From the NCBI RefSeq assembly GCF_001194135.2, contig NC_069000.1, positions 36,344,700 through 36,377,133 of the forward strand: a DNA stretch of 32,434 bases, in the 5' to 3' direction. The stretch is from Octopus bimaculoides (Eukaryota). Each line of letters begins with the position of its first letter. Position 1 is the stretch's first letter. Made by a program: the position numbers and the translations under genes. Below, in pieces: positions 1 to 9,984 of this stretch. Under the pieces are notes generated by a model. That model was not told the DNA's origin, searched no databases, and was given only the letters and a program-made list of their open reading frames with translations.

Positions 1-161
1 CAACGGGCTTCTTTCAGTTTCCGTCTACCAAATCTACTCACAAGGCTTTGGTTGGCCTGAGGCTATAGTAGAAGACACTTGCCCAAGGTGCCACGCAGTG
101 GGAATGAACCCAGAACCATGTGGTTGGTAAGCAAGCTACTTACCACACAGCCACTCCTGCG
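1..161 (-). mobile_element. SINE family A (tRNA-derived head), 5' portion, runs off the window start
   Basis: Reverse complement of the head GCAGGAGTGGCTGTGTGGTAAG...GGTTCAGTCCCACTGCGTGGCACCTTGGGCAAG seen in many other copies. Confidence 0.85.
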
Positions 162-204
162 ACTGGAGCTATAGTTGAAAACACTTGCCCAAGATGCCAT
201 ACAG

Positions 205-359
205 TGGGTTCAAATCTCACTGAGGTCAACTTTGCCTTTCATCCTTTCAGGGTTGATCAAATAAGTACCAGTTACACACTGGGGTCGATGTAATATGCTT
301 AATCCCTTTGTCTGTCCTTGTTTGTCTTCTCTATGTTTAGCCTCCTGTGGGCAATGAAG
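205..359 (+). mobile_element. SINE family B, 5'-truncated
   Basis: GGGTTCAAATCTCACTGAGGTCAACTTTGCCTTTCATCC...GTGGGCAATGAAG. Confidence 0.8.
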
Positions 360-373
360 AAATAATGTATAAA

Positions 374-532
374 ACAGGCCTCTTTCAGTTTCTGCCTACC
401 AAATCCACTTGCAAGACCTTGGTTAGCTCTGAGATGCCGTGGAAGACTTGGCCAAGGCGCTGCCCGATGGGACTGGACCCAAACCCATGTAGATGGAAAG
501 CAAACTTCTTACCACACCCCCATGCCTGCACC
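374..532 (-). mobile_element. SINE family A, head fragment
   Basis: Diverged match to other family A heads. Confidence 0.75.
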
Positions 533-1180
533 TATACATGATTCATAATTCACAGAAGCAGTATTAAAAATGTTCTTTAATTTTGGTTTGTGATAAAAAC
601 ACTGCTTCAAGCAATGTGACTCACACCACTTCGAAGCTGTTCAGGCCCTGCTTACAGTATCTAACTTCACTTACACTTACCAAGCAGTAAACATGACACT
701 CCATTTCATTTCTTTTTTTATGGTTAGTATTATTTCAAACTTCTGAGTTCATATCGTAGCTGAACAGCTGCAAGCAGATGAGTTTCATTCATATACACAC
801 AGATGTGTTTATGTATATGTGTAGGCACTTAAACATACGGAAGACCAGCCAGAATATAGTTGATAGTGTTTTAAGTACGAAGCTACAGGAAATATTTTTG
901 ATGTTATTTTTGTTAACTGTGTAAACAAGAGGAAGTTAAGCGAAGGGATTATAAGGGTTCCTGAGAAATAGGTTTGTCATCAAAGGAATTATGATACACA
1001 GAAAACATAGAATTTTTGATGAACTTGAGTATATCTGTCATTGGTGTAGTATTGTGGAAATCTTTTTAATTAAATACTGAATAAACTTGATTGAAATTCT
1101 AGTTAGATACTAAGACTTTTAGACATTGATATAAAATGACTGTTGTATGTTTGCATAATAATATATTAGTATTTTATTTT

Positions 1181-1405
1181 TTACTTGTTCTAGTCATTGG
1201 ATTGTGGTCATGCTGGGGCATAACCTTGAAGGATTTTAGTCAAATGAATTAACTCTAGTACTTTTTTTTTTTTTAAAGCCTGCTATTTAGTGCATGTCAC
1301 TTTTGTTGGACTGCTAAGCTGTAGAGACCTAAACAAACCAATACTGATTGTCAAGTGGTGGTAGATGACAAGCATAAACACAAGGGCGTGCGCACACACA
1401 CACAC
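1181..1405 (-). mobile_element. SINE family A, 3' fragment
   Basis: TTACTTGTT..AGTCATT..GGTCATGCTGG matches the family A tail. Confidence 0.65.
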
Positions 1406-1825
1406 ATACACATTAAAGAGAGAGGCGGGGTAGTAATGCAAATAAACACAGTTAAGCTTGATACTTGTTAGGGTCAAGGGTGGGTATAAGAGAAGTCCAA
1501 ATTGAACAGCTATTGAGGTAATAATACAGATTAACTTAGATTTGAGACATGTTCTCTATGTGGCGTGTGTTTTCTGTACCTTGTTTATCATTTTGTCCAT
1601 GTTTTTTTTGCAACGTCATGTACCCAGATATGCATCTATATATACATGTAGATGAAGGTATGCACATACATGTACATATATATGCATATACTCACATATA
1701 TATATATATAAATATATATATATATANNNNNNNNNNNNNNNNNNNNNNNNNNNNNNNNNNNNNNNNNNNNNNNNNNNNNNNNNNNNNNNNNNNNNNNNNN
1801 NNNNNNNNNNNNNNNNNNNNNNNNN

Positions 1826-2245
1826 CCTCTTCTTCGTTTAATGTCCACTTTCCATGCTAGCATGGGTTGGACGATTTGACTGAGGACTGGCGAACCAGAT
1901 GGCTGCACCAGGCTCCAGTCTGATCTGGCAGAGTTTCTATAGCTGGATGCCCTTCCTAACGCCAACCACTCTGAGAGTGTAGTGGGTGCTTTTATGTGTC
2001 ACCGGCACGAAGGCCAGTCAGGCGGTACTGGCAACGGCCACGCTCAAAATGGTGTTTTTTACGTGCCACCTGCACAGGTGCCAGTCCATCGGCACTGGCA
2101 ACGACCACGCTCGAATGTTTTTTTCACATGCTACCAGCACAAGTGCCAGTAAGGCGACACTGCTAACAACCACACTCAAATGGTGCTATTTACGTGCCAC
2201 TGGCACGGAAGCCAGATAGCTGCTCTGGCAATGATCATGCTCAAC
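1826..2245 (-). mobile_element. SINE-like family C with an internal ~62-bp tandem module
   Basis: Plus strand reads TTTAATGTCCACTTTCCATGCTAGCATGGGTTGG...GCTGGATGCCCTTCCTAACGCCAACC. Orientation is inferred from the (GAT)n tail seen on other copies. Confidence 0.75.
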
Positions 2246-2382
2246 AGGCTTCTTTCAGTTTTTGTCCACCACATCCACTCAGAAGGCTTTGGTTGGCCAG
2301 GGCTGTAGTAGAAGCAAACTTCTTAGCACACAGCTACAATTGTGTCTCTGGTTCTTGTAAAAGTCATTTAAAAAATTTGAAA

Positions 2383-2755
2383 GGTGCAGGAGTGGCTGTG
2401 TGGTAAGTAGCTTGCTTACCAACCACATGGTTCCGGGTTCAGTCCCACTGCGTGGCACCTTGGGCAAGTGTCTTCTACCATAGCCTCGGGCCAACCAAAG
2501 CTTTGTGAGTGGATTTGGTAGACGGAAACTGAAAGAAGCCCGTCGTATATATGTATATATATATATATGTGTGTGTGTCTGTGTTTGTCCCGACTCCATC
2601 GCTTGTGTTTACGTCCCCGTAACTTAGCGGTTCGGCAAAAAGAGACCGATAGAATGAGTACTAGGCTTCCAAAGAATAAGTCCTGGGGTCGATTTGCTCG
2701 ACTAAAGGCAGTGCTCCAGCATGGCTACAGTCAAATAACTGAAACAAGTAAAAGA
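2383..2755 (+). mobile_element. SINE family A, full length
   Basis: Pol III A-box-like TGGCTGTGTGGTAAG, B-box-like GGTTCAGTCCC, internal (TA)n/(TG)n, and 3' tail GGTGCTCCAGCATGGC..CAGTCAAAT.ACTGAAACAAGTAAAAGAG. Confidence 0.9.
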
Positions 2756-3149
2756 GGAAAATGAGTTTTATCAAAAAAAACAACAAAAAAAAAAGGGAAT
2801 GGGGAAACAAATCTACATTTCCAAAGAAACTAATGAAAAAAATTAAATAAACAAAATAAACAGCCAATAAGTTTCTGTGCCATGAAAAGAAGTTAATTCT
2901 AACTTCAGAGAGGGTCTTTCCTGTCAAGAAATGAAAAGTTTTGTGAGTCACTTCTCACAAATGTATTTTGTGGATTTACTCACAGCATTGTTGTATGGTG
3001 ACGTATAAGAAATGAATGTGAGGCATTCATTATTTGTAATCAAATGTAGAATTGTGTCAGTGTTACTTCAGATAAACTCCTTATTTCTAGTTCTTAGTTT
3101 AAATCTGGTTTTGCACAGTTTTATGTGCCAGTCTTCCATTGTTAATAAT

Positions 3150-3310
3150 TAGGTGTGGCTGTGTGGTAAGTAGCTTGCCTACCAACCACATGGTTCCGGG
3201 TTCAGTCCCACTGCGTGGCACCTTTGGCAAGTGTCTTCTACTATAGCCTCGGGCCAACCAAAGCCTTGTGAGTGGATTTGGTAGACGGAAACTGAAAGAA
3301 GCCCGTTGTA

Positions 3311-3357
<47 letters not shown>

Positions 3358-3444
3358 TTGTGTGTCTGTGTTTGTCCCCCCACCATCGCTTGACAACCGA
3401 TGGTGGTGTGTTTACGTCCCCGTAACTTAGCGGTTCGGCAAAAA
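3150..3444 (+). mobile_element. SINE family A, truncated by an N gap
   Basis: Head and body match family A; the first ~180 nt are duplicated at 3646. Confidence 0.85.
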
Positions 3445-3645
3445 NNNNNNNNNNNNNNNNNNNNNNNNNNNNNNNNNNNNNNNNNNNNNNNNNNNNNNNN
3501 NNNNNNNNNNNNNNNNNNNNNNNNNNNNNNNNNNNNNNNNNNNNNNNNNNNNNNNNNNNNNNNNNNNNNNNNNNNNNNNNNNNNNNNNNNNNNNNNNNNN
3601 NNNNNNNNNNNNNNNNNNNNNNNNNNNNNNNNNNNNNNNNNNNNN

Positions 3646-3806
3646 TAGGTGTGGCTGTGTGGTAAGTAGCTTGCCTACCAACCACATGGTTCCGGGTTCA
3701 GTCCCACTGCGTGGCACCTTTGGCAAGTGTCTTCTACTATAGCCTCGGGCCAACCAAAGCCTTGTGAGTGGATTTGGTAGACGGAAACTGAAAGAAGCCC
3801 GTTGTA

Positions 3807-3840
<34 letters not shown>
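3646..3840 (+). mobile_element. SINE family A head, identical to the 3150 copy
   Basis: Shares the same private variants; ends in (TA)n. Confidence 0.8.
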
Positions 3841-3844
<4 letters not shown>

Positions 3845-4049
3845 TTTATATAATAATTTTTGCCGTTATTTTAACATTCACTTTTCCAAGTAAGGTAATA
3901 TTTCCCCATGACCAGACATGGAAGATTGGCAATGAAAGACACTGCTTGAGTGACGCTGATCTTTGTTTACAACTATCACACCAAGTCAAAGCAAGGACTG
4001 ATACGTGCACAAAACACGTGCATGTACACACGCACGCACGCACACACAC

Positions 4050-4178
4050 GACAAGCTTTTAATTTCCTTCTACCAAATCCGCTCACAAGGCTTTTGTTGG
4101 CCTGGAGCTATCATAGAAGACACTTGCCCAAGGTGCCTTGTAGTGGGACTGAACTTGAAACCATGCAGTTGGGAAAGA
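4050..4178 (-). mobile_element. SINE family A, head fragment
   Basis: Diverged match to family A. Confidence 0.7.
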
Positions 4179-4812
4179 AACTTCATACCACACAGCCGTG
4201 ATCATCAGGTAATTGGTCTTAGAGATGTATTTATATGAATGAATGCTACATAACCTCATTATCTTTGAGGAATCAATTTTTATAATTGTAATCACATACA
4301 TCAGCTCATTCCTGTGTAACCACTCTGACATGTTGTTTCTTCTTCTATATTCTTTGTTGTATCTACTTTCCATGTCTTTTATTTCAATGGATGTTGGATG
4401 GGATATTCTCACTACTACTACAACTCTAAACAGTTTCCTTAACTACTACTTACTAAGCCATTGCCCTGATTCTGTGTCAACATTATTTCCAGGATTACAT
4501 TGTTACATTTGTCATCAATGACAAGGCTAAATACATAAATAAAATGAAATTCAATCAGAAATTGATATCTGATGTTTTAGATAGATGTAAGGAATATTTT
4601 TCAATATTTTAATATTAACTTTGTGCTATGATGCTGATGAAAGACAGAGTTATGTTCCTTGCTTGAATGTACAAACTAGCCAGTAAGGGAGCCTCTATGT
4701 AGTCAGATGACTCATTAGAAATAGTAGCCAAAATTTTCAAATGATACTCCATCGTTTTAAGCAGAAAGATAAAATGATACGTTTGTTTATGTGCTAGATA
4801 TACTGTGTTTAA

Positions 4813-5029
4813 CCCTTTAAAATTAAGATTACTCTGTGAAATGTAATGCCTATTTATTTTTCATTGTTTTGAATTTATGATGCATTATCTCATAGCTCTG
4901 AGATTTCAATGATGTGATTGTTTATTTTTAGAATGAAATTGTAGGGTAGGTGTGAGAGGCTGAATCTGACCAGTGTTAATATAAAACACTTGTGCTATAT
5001 GTGGCTGGTTTAAATTTAAATGCTAAAGA
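4813..5029. mobile_element. ~220-bp piggyBac-type MITE, copy 1
   Basis: Starts TTAA-CCCTTT and ends GGTTT..AAATGCTAAAG. Interior aligns with 18951-19170 and, inverted, with 6694-6908. Confidence 0.65.
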
Positions 5030-6000
5030 TTGAAACTGATATTGCATTGTCATGGCTGGGGTGTCTTTGATCTCAGAACTCACCTAAAACTAAATGAATA
5101 TATATATAACAAATAAACAGGGCCTGAAAGATTTCTTTAAGAGGCATGGCATATTTTATAAATATTCTTGTTCAAGTATCATAATAGCATGAAACTATTA
5201 GTAGCTCTTTTGGTTGTGTTTTGAAATTGATTATATATATATATATATATACTCCTGAGAGTCATTTTCTTTTTGTGCCTTATAATTTAACACACTCATC
5301 GGTAAAATTTCCACTTATTCCTTATTTTTATTTTCCTAAAATTTTCGTTGGGTCTTGCAACCTTTTCAATAGTCTTGACTCTCACACAAACTCACATAAA
5401 GAATCCTGCAAACCAAATCCAAAAACGAAATATATATATATATATATAATCTCCATTGTTGTAATCTCTGCATATCTACTACTTTCTACAGTAATTCCAG
5501 TTACAAAGATCTTGTCTTTTTGTATATCTGGAATTTCATTGTTCAATGTGTTCTGATTGAGTTTTTTGAAAAAAGGTTTAGCTGTTATTTCTAGCAAGTT
5601 GAATGGCTACATAGAAGTTTCTCCTTGATACACTTAAATAATTAGTAAACTGTGTGTGTGTTTAGTGATTTGCAAACTATGTATGAGGTAGAGGTTATTT
5701 AAAAATTGTATATGGTGTTATTTATTTTAGGTTAGAATTCATTGGGTTTGTTATTATTGAAGACGTCACACAGTATCCAATATTGTGATGTAGTAGATTG
5801 AAGGTATTGTGTGTACTGGGGGTTTGTACTGTCTGTCAAGTCACAACAAGTACCTCAGACAGACTGTACCTTACAGAGTATGCATGCAGTTCTAAGTAAA
5901 GCCAATTTTTTGCAATACACCAAGATTGTAGGGTATTTCTAAAGTGTCCAGATGTTTTTTCAGGTTATGTATGATTATTATTATTATTATTATTATTAAG

Positions 6001-6170
6001 GCAGTGAGCTGGCAGAATTGTTCGCATGCTGAGCAAAATGTTTAGTTTCATTTAGTCCGTTTTTACATTTTGAGTTCAAATTCTACTGAGGTCGACTTTG
6101 CCTTTCTTCCTTCCAGGGTCAATAAAATAAATACCAGTTGAGCACTGGGGTCAATGTAATAAACTTATCC
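6001..6170 (+). mobile_element. SINE family B, 3'-truncated
   Basis: GCAGTGAGCTGGCAGAA...GAGTTCAAATTCTACTGAGGTCGACTTTGCC. Confidence 0.8.
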
Positions 6171-6377
6171 ACTTTCCTGAAATTACTGTCCTTATGTCAA
6201 AATCTGTAATTGCTATTGTTATAAAGATAAGGTAGTTTGGCAGGTGTTGGTAGTTCAAATCCTTCCAACATCAACTTTGCCTTTCATCTTGTTTAATAAA
6301 GAACGAGTTAGTTTATTAAGATGTTTCATTCTTGTGGGGGTTTTTTAATTCTTTTTTTTTTTTTTTTATCTTTCCAG

Positions 6378-6525
6378 AGTTCTGGTAAAAGCTCTGTTTT
6401 GGAGAGTTTGGTAGGGAAAGATTTTCTACCTCGGGGATCTGGTATAGTCACCAGACGGCCTCTTGTTCTTCAATTGATACACATAGGTAAATCTGAAATT
6501 GAAACTCGGCGACAAGAATCAAGCG
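6378..6525 (+). CDS. DNM1L: Drp1 (dynamin-related protein 1) internal exon, 148 nt, phase 0 to 1: [49 protein letters not shown]
   Basis: Polypyrimidine tract with TTTCCAG acceptor and GTGAGT donor. Encodes the P-loop GKS and switch-I GIVTRRP of dynamin-family GTPases; downstream exons are Drp1-specific. Confidence 0.97.
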
Positions 6526-6693
6526 GTGAGTAATTTTTTGTTTTGTAAGAACCTTTCTGTCTTTTTTTTGAGGACATACTGGTTCCACAGTAAAGGGCCA
6601 CATTACATTCTGTATAGTGGTTAGTGTTAGGAAAAGCATCCATCCGTAAATAGCAAGCCAAGAAAGAAACACAAATGAAATGTGGTCCTCTGG

Positions 6694-6908
6694 TTCATTT
6701 AAACTGGCCATATTGGCCCAAATACATTACTTGTTTTATGTTCTAACCAGTCAGATTCTACCTGTCGTACCTACCCTTCAATGCCATTCTAAAAATATAC
6801 TTATCACATCATCAAGATTTCAAAGCTATGAGATAATGTATGATTAGTTAAAAACAATGTGAATGAAAAAGTATTATATTTGACAGTAATTTACTGAATG
6901 CTAAAGGG
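6694..6908. mobile_element. piggyBac-type MITE, copy 2 (inverted)
   Basis: Ends AATGCTAAAGGG-TTAA; interior is the reverse complement of copies 1 and 3. Left end is decayed. Confidence 0.6.
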
Positions 6909-7058
6909 TTAAGCAAGCATCTGTACTTCATTATGTGACCTTGGCAGCTTGTCCAACCCAAACCAGCTGGGAAACCAATGGGCTTAAAATGATGATGAAG
7001 GGGATGGGAATGGCAACAGTAATGGTAATCTTCAACATTACATTTTAATTTATTTAAT

Positions 7059-7580
7059 CAGTGGTTCTCAACAGGGGTAGGTCCATGTGGCTCTTTGGAG
7101 TCCATATAAGATTTTGTTGTCAAAATTTATATGGACTAAATCTGTCATACTTCTACATTACTCTACTTCACACAAAATATTTTTTTTATACAGTTTTTCT
7201 AATAATATCTAATTATAAAAATCACCATCATTTAATGTCTGTTGTCCATGCTGGCATTGGCTGGATAGTTTGACCAGAGCTGGCCAGCTGGGGAGCTGCA
7301 CCAGGCTCCACCCTGATTTGACATGGTTTCTATGGCTGGATGACCTTGCTAATGCCAACCACTTTACAGTGTGCTGAGTGCTTTTACATGGCACTATCAC
7401 AAGTGTTTTACACCACCAACAGTATCAGTCTTAACACTTCTGTTGCGGGTTATGGGTCTTCTTGAGTATGGCAAGGCACCAGGTAATAAGTTATTTTAAA
7501 CCTCAAATGGCTATGAGAGACCATCCAAGTAGAATAGGAATCAGCGGAGTCTCTGGGTAAGAAACGGTTGAGAACCACTG
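7059..7580. mobile_element. hAT-like MITE with a SINE inserted in its middle
   Basis: Perfect 14-bp TIR CAGTGGTTCTCAAC / GTTGAGAACCACTG, of the type seen in hAT-Charlie/MER5 elements. The target-site duplication is degenerate. Confidence 0.75.
7228..7485 (-). mobile_element. Family C copy nested in the hAT MITE
   Basis: CATCATTTAATGTC...CCATGCTGGCAT...GGCTGGATG..CTAATGCCAACCAC. Confidence 0.75.
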
Positions 7581-7712
7581 ATGTACATCATCACCATCAT
7601 TATTGTCAACATCATTTACTATCCACTTTTCCATGCTTACACAAGTTGGCTGAAATTTGTTGAGGCAGATTTTCTATGATCAGATGCCCTTCCTGTTGCT
7701 AACCCTCACCTG

Positions 7713-7788
7713 TTTCCAAGTAAGGTAATATTTCTCCATAGCCAGACATGATTTTCACAGAAGATTGGAAACAAACAACATTGCTTGT

Positions 7789-7825
<37 letters not shown>
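7713..7825. repeat. Unclassified ~110-bp dispersed repeat (TTCCAAGTAAGGTAATATTT...GAAGATTGG), with copies near 3883-3980 and 11866-11965; this copy contains an (ATG)n expansion
   Basis: Three alignable copies in the window; the 7713 copy directly continues a family C fragment. Confidence 0.6.
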
Positions 7826-7826
<1 letters not shown>

Positions 7827-8503
7827 AATACTTGTTTATAACCCTCACATGATAAAAAATAAAATCATTGTCTGTAAATATGAAATTAGTAGTCTGAAAA
7901 TAACACTATGTAACAAAATTAAAAAAATTTTTTTTTGTCTTTGGTCAGTAAGTGTTATTTCCTATTTGCTCCTATTTAGAAATCAAAGGAAATGACTACT
8001 ATTCCCTTCAAACTTAGCTTTTGTGACCTGGACATCAATGTGTTGAAGCTGATCTTTTTCCCATTACATTTCAGACTGATTCAGTGCTGAGTTGCTGAAG
8101 CAGAAATATCGCTGTAGCAAATATTCTGCTCAATACTGATTTGACTGTCAGTTGTTTGACCATAACCACTTGAACATGTCCCTTAGTGGCTGACAATATG
8201 TGCATCCCTGACGATGAGCAGGAGTAGTGGGGGAGCATCATAGCCATGTGTTGATAGGAATTCTTTGAGATTTGAATAAATATCGTAACAAAAGTAAAGC
8301 TTGAAAGAAATATTAGCCATTTTTTATACTTTCTAGGAGTAAGCAAATAAAAAATAACAGCTGCTGCCCAAGGACAAAAATCATGTTAGACAGTGTAATT
8401 TTTGCCCGAAGCAAGTGAAATACCAAAACTCAGGTCAATCTTATTAAAAATTCATTTCAGATCTTTCAGACATTTTGACATGTTGCTTTCTGTTATTTTC
8501 TAG

Positions 8504-8625
8504 ATGGAGAACATATTGAAGAATGGGGCAAATTCCTTCACACCAAAAACAAAATCTATGGCGATTTTGAAGAAATTCGACAGGAAATTAAGGCTGAGAC
8601 AGAACGGATGACAGGGACAAATAAG
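8504..8625 (+). CDS. DNM1L: Drp1 exon, 122 nt, phase 1 to 0: (D)[40 protein letters not shown]
   Basis: TTTTCTAG acceptor, GTGAGT donor. [12 protein letters not shown] and [12 protein letters not shown] match Drp1; the phase fits the previous exon. Confidence 0.97.
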
Positions 8626-8835
8626 GTGAGTAAAATTATGATTTTCAGTTAGAAGAGTGAGCCAGAAAGGAATTCCATTTTTTATTTGCATTACTTTTTT
8701 ACCCACCATTGTATATACAAAGTGTGAGTCAAAACTTATATAAATAAAAATTACATTTATTTCCGACCCTCCTCATATTCACTTGCTTTTCTTTGATCTA
8801 TTAGTTTTTTCTTCCTGCTTTACAAACTATGTATA

Positions 8836-8992
8836 GGTGCAGGCAAGGGTGTGTGGTTAAGAATTTTGCTTCCCAACCAGGTTATTTCAGGTTCAGTCCG
8901 ACTGTATGACACTTTGGACAAGTGTCTTCTACTATAGCACCAGGTCACCCAAATCCTGGAGTGGATTTGGTAGATGAAAACTGAGATCGCAA

Positions 8993-8995
<3 letters not shown>
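8836..8995 (+). mobile_element. SINE family A head, diverged
   Basis: GGTTCAGTCC...CTTTGGACAAGTGTCTTCTACTATAGC...GTGGATTTGGTAGA. Confidence 0.75.
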
Positions 8996-9027
<32 letters not shown>

Positions 9028-9311
9028 AAATAAATTCAAAAAAGGATAAAACTCTTTTACAAGAATTTTATCAAGAAGCCAGTGTGTAAAAAAATTCATA
9101 AGGGAAATTTCTATTCCCAAGAATATAATTATTCGTTTATATTTATATAAAGGGCATTATTACAGAAAAATAACGCCACACAGTGGACTTCTCAAAATAA
9201 CCACATTTAGTACCTAATGCGAGGAAAAAACAACCAACAGAAGATGACCAACTTTCTTTTAAATAAACTTAATTGTGTATCGACCGATTTCGCAATTACT
9301 AGAATGAATCT

Positions 9312-9984
9312 NNNNNNNNNNNNNNNNNNNNNNNNNNNNNNNNNNNNNNNNNNNNNNNNNNNNNNNNNNNNNNNNNNNNNNNNNNNNNNNNNNNNNNNNN
9401 NNNNNNNNNNNNNNNNNNNNNNNNNNNNNNNNNNNNNNNNNNNNNNNNNNNNNNNNNNNNNNNNNNNNNNNNNNNNNNNNNNNNNNNNNNNNNNNNNNNN
9501 NNNNNNNNNNNNNNNNNNNNNNNNNNNNNNNNNNNNNNNNNNNNNNNNNNNNNNNNNNNNNNNNNNNNNNNNNNNNNNNNNNNNNNNNNNNNNNNNNNNN
9601 NNNNNNNNNNNNNNNNNNNNNNNNNNNNNNNNNNNNNNNNNNNNNNNNNNNNNNNNNNNNNNNNNNNNNNNNNNNNNNNNNNNNNNNNNNNNNNNNNNNN
9701 NNNNNNNNNNNNNNNNNNNNNNNNNNNNNNNNNNNNNNNNNNNNNNNNNNNNNNNNNNNNNNNNNNNNNNNNNNNNNNNNNNNNNNNNNNNNNNNNNNNN
9801 NNNNNNNNNNNNNNNNNNNNNNNNNNNNNNNNNNNNNNNNNNNNNNNNNNNNNNNNNNNNNNNNNNNNNNNNNNNNNNNNNNNNNNNNNNNNNNNNNNNN
9901 NNNNNNNNNNNNNNNNNNNNNNNNNNNNNNNNNNNNNNNNNNNNNNNNNNNNNNNNNNNNNNNNNNNNNNNNNNNNNNNNNNNN
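9312..9984. other. Assembly gap (N run). Other gaps: 1727-1825, 3445-3645, 15721-16358, 25023-25127
   Basis: Runs of N, mostly abutting microsatellites or SINEs. Confidence 0.99.

Noticed and set aside
2383-2460. tRNA gene in the SINE heads (A-box and B-box motifs)
   Set aside because: No complete cloverleaf; the heads run straight into SINE body sequence repeated throughout the window.
2279-2599. Recurrent ORFs containing RRHLPKVPRSGTEPGTMWLV
   Set aside because: Antisense translation of the family A SINE head, not a gene family.
1-6377. Search for Drp1 exon 1 (ME.LIPV.NKLQDVF) and promoter
   Set aside because: No matching coding sequence found; it probably lies upstream of the window.
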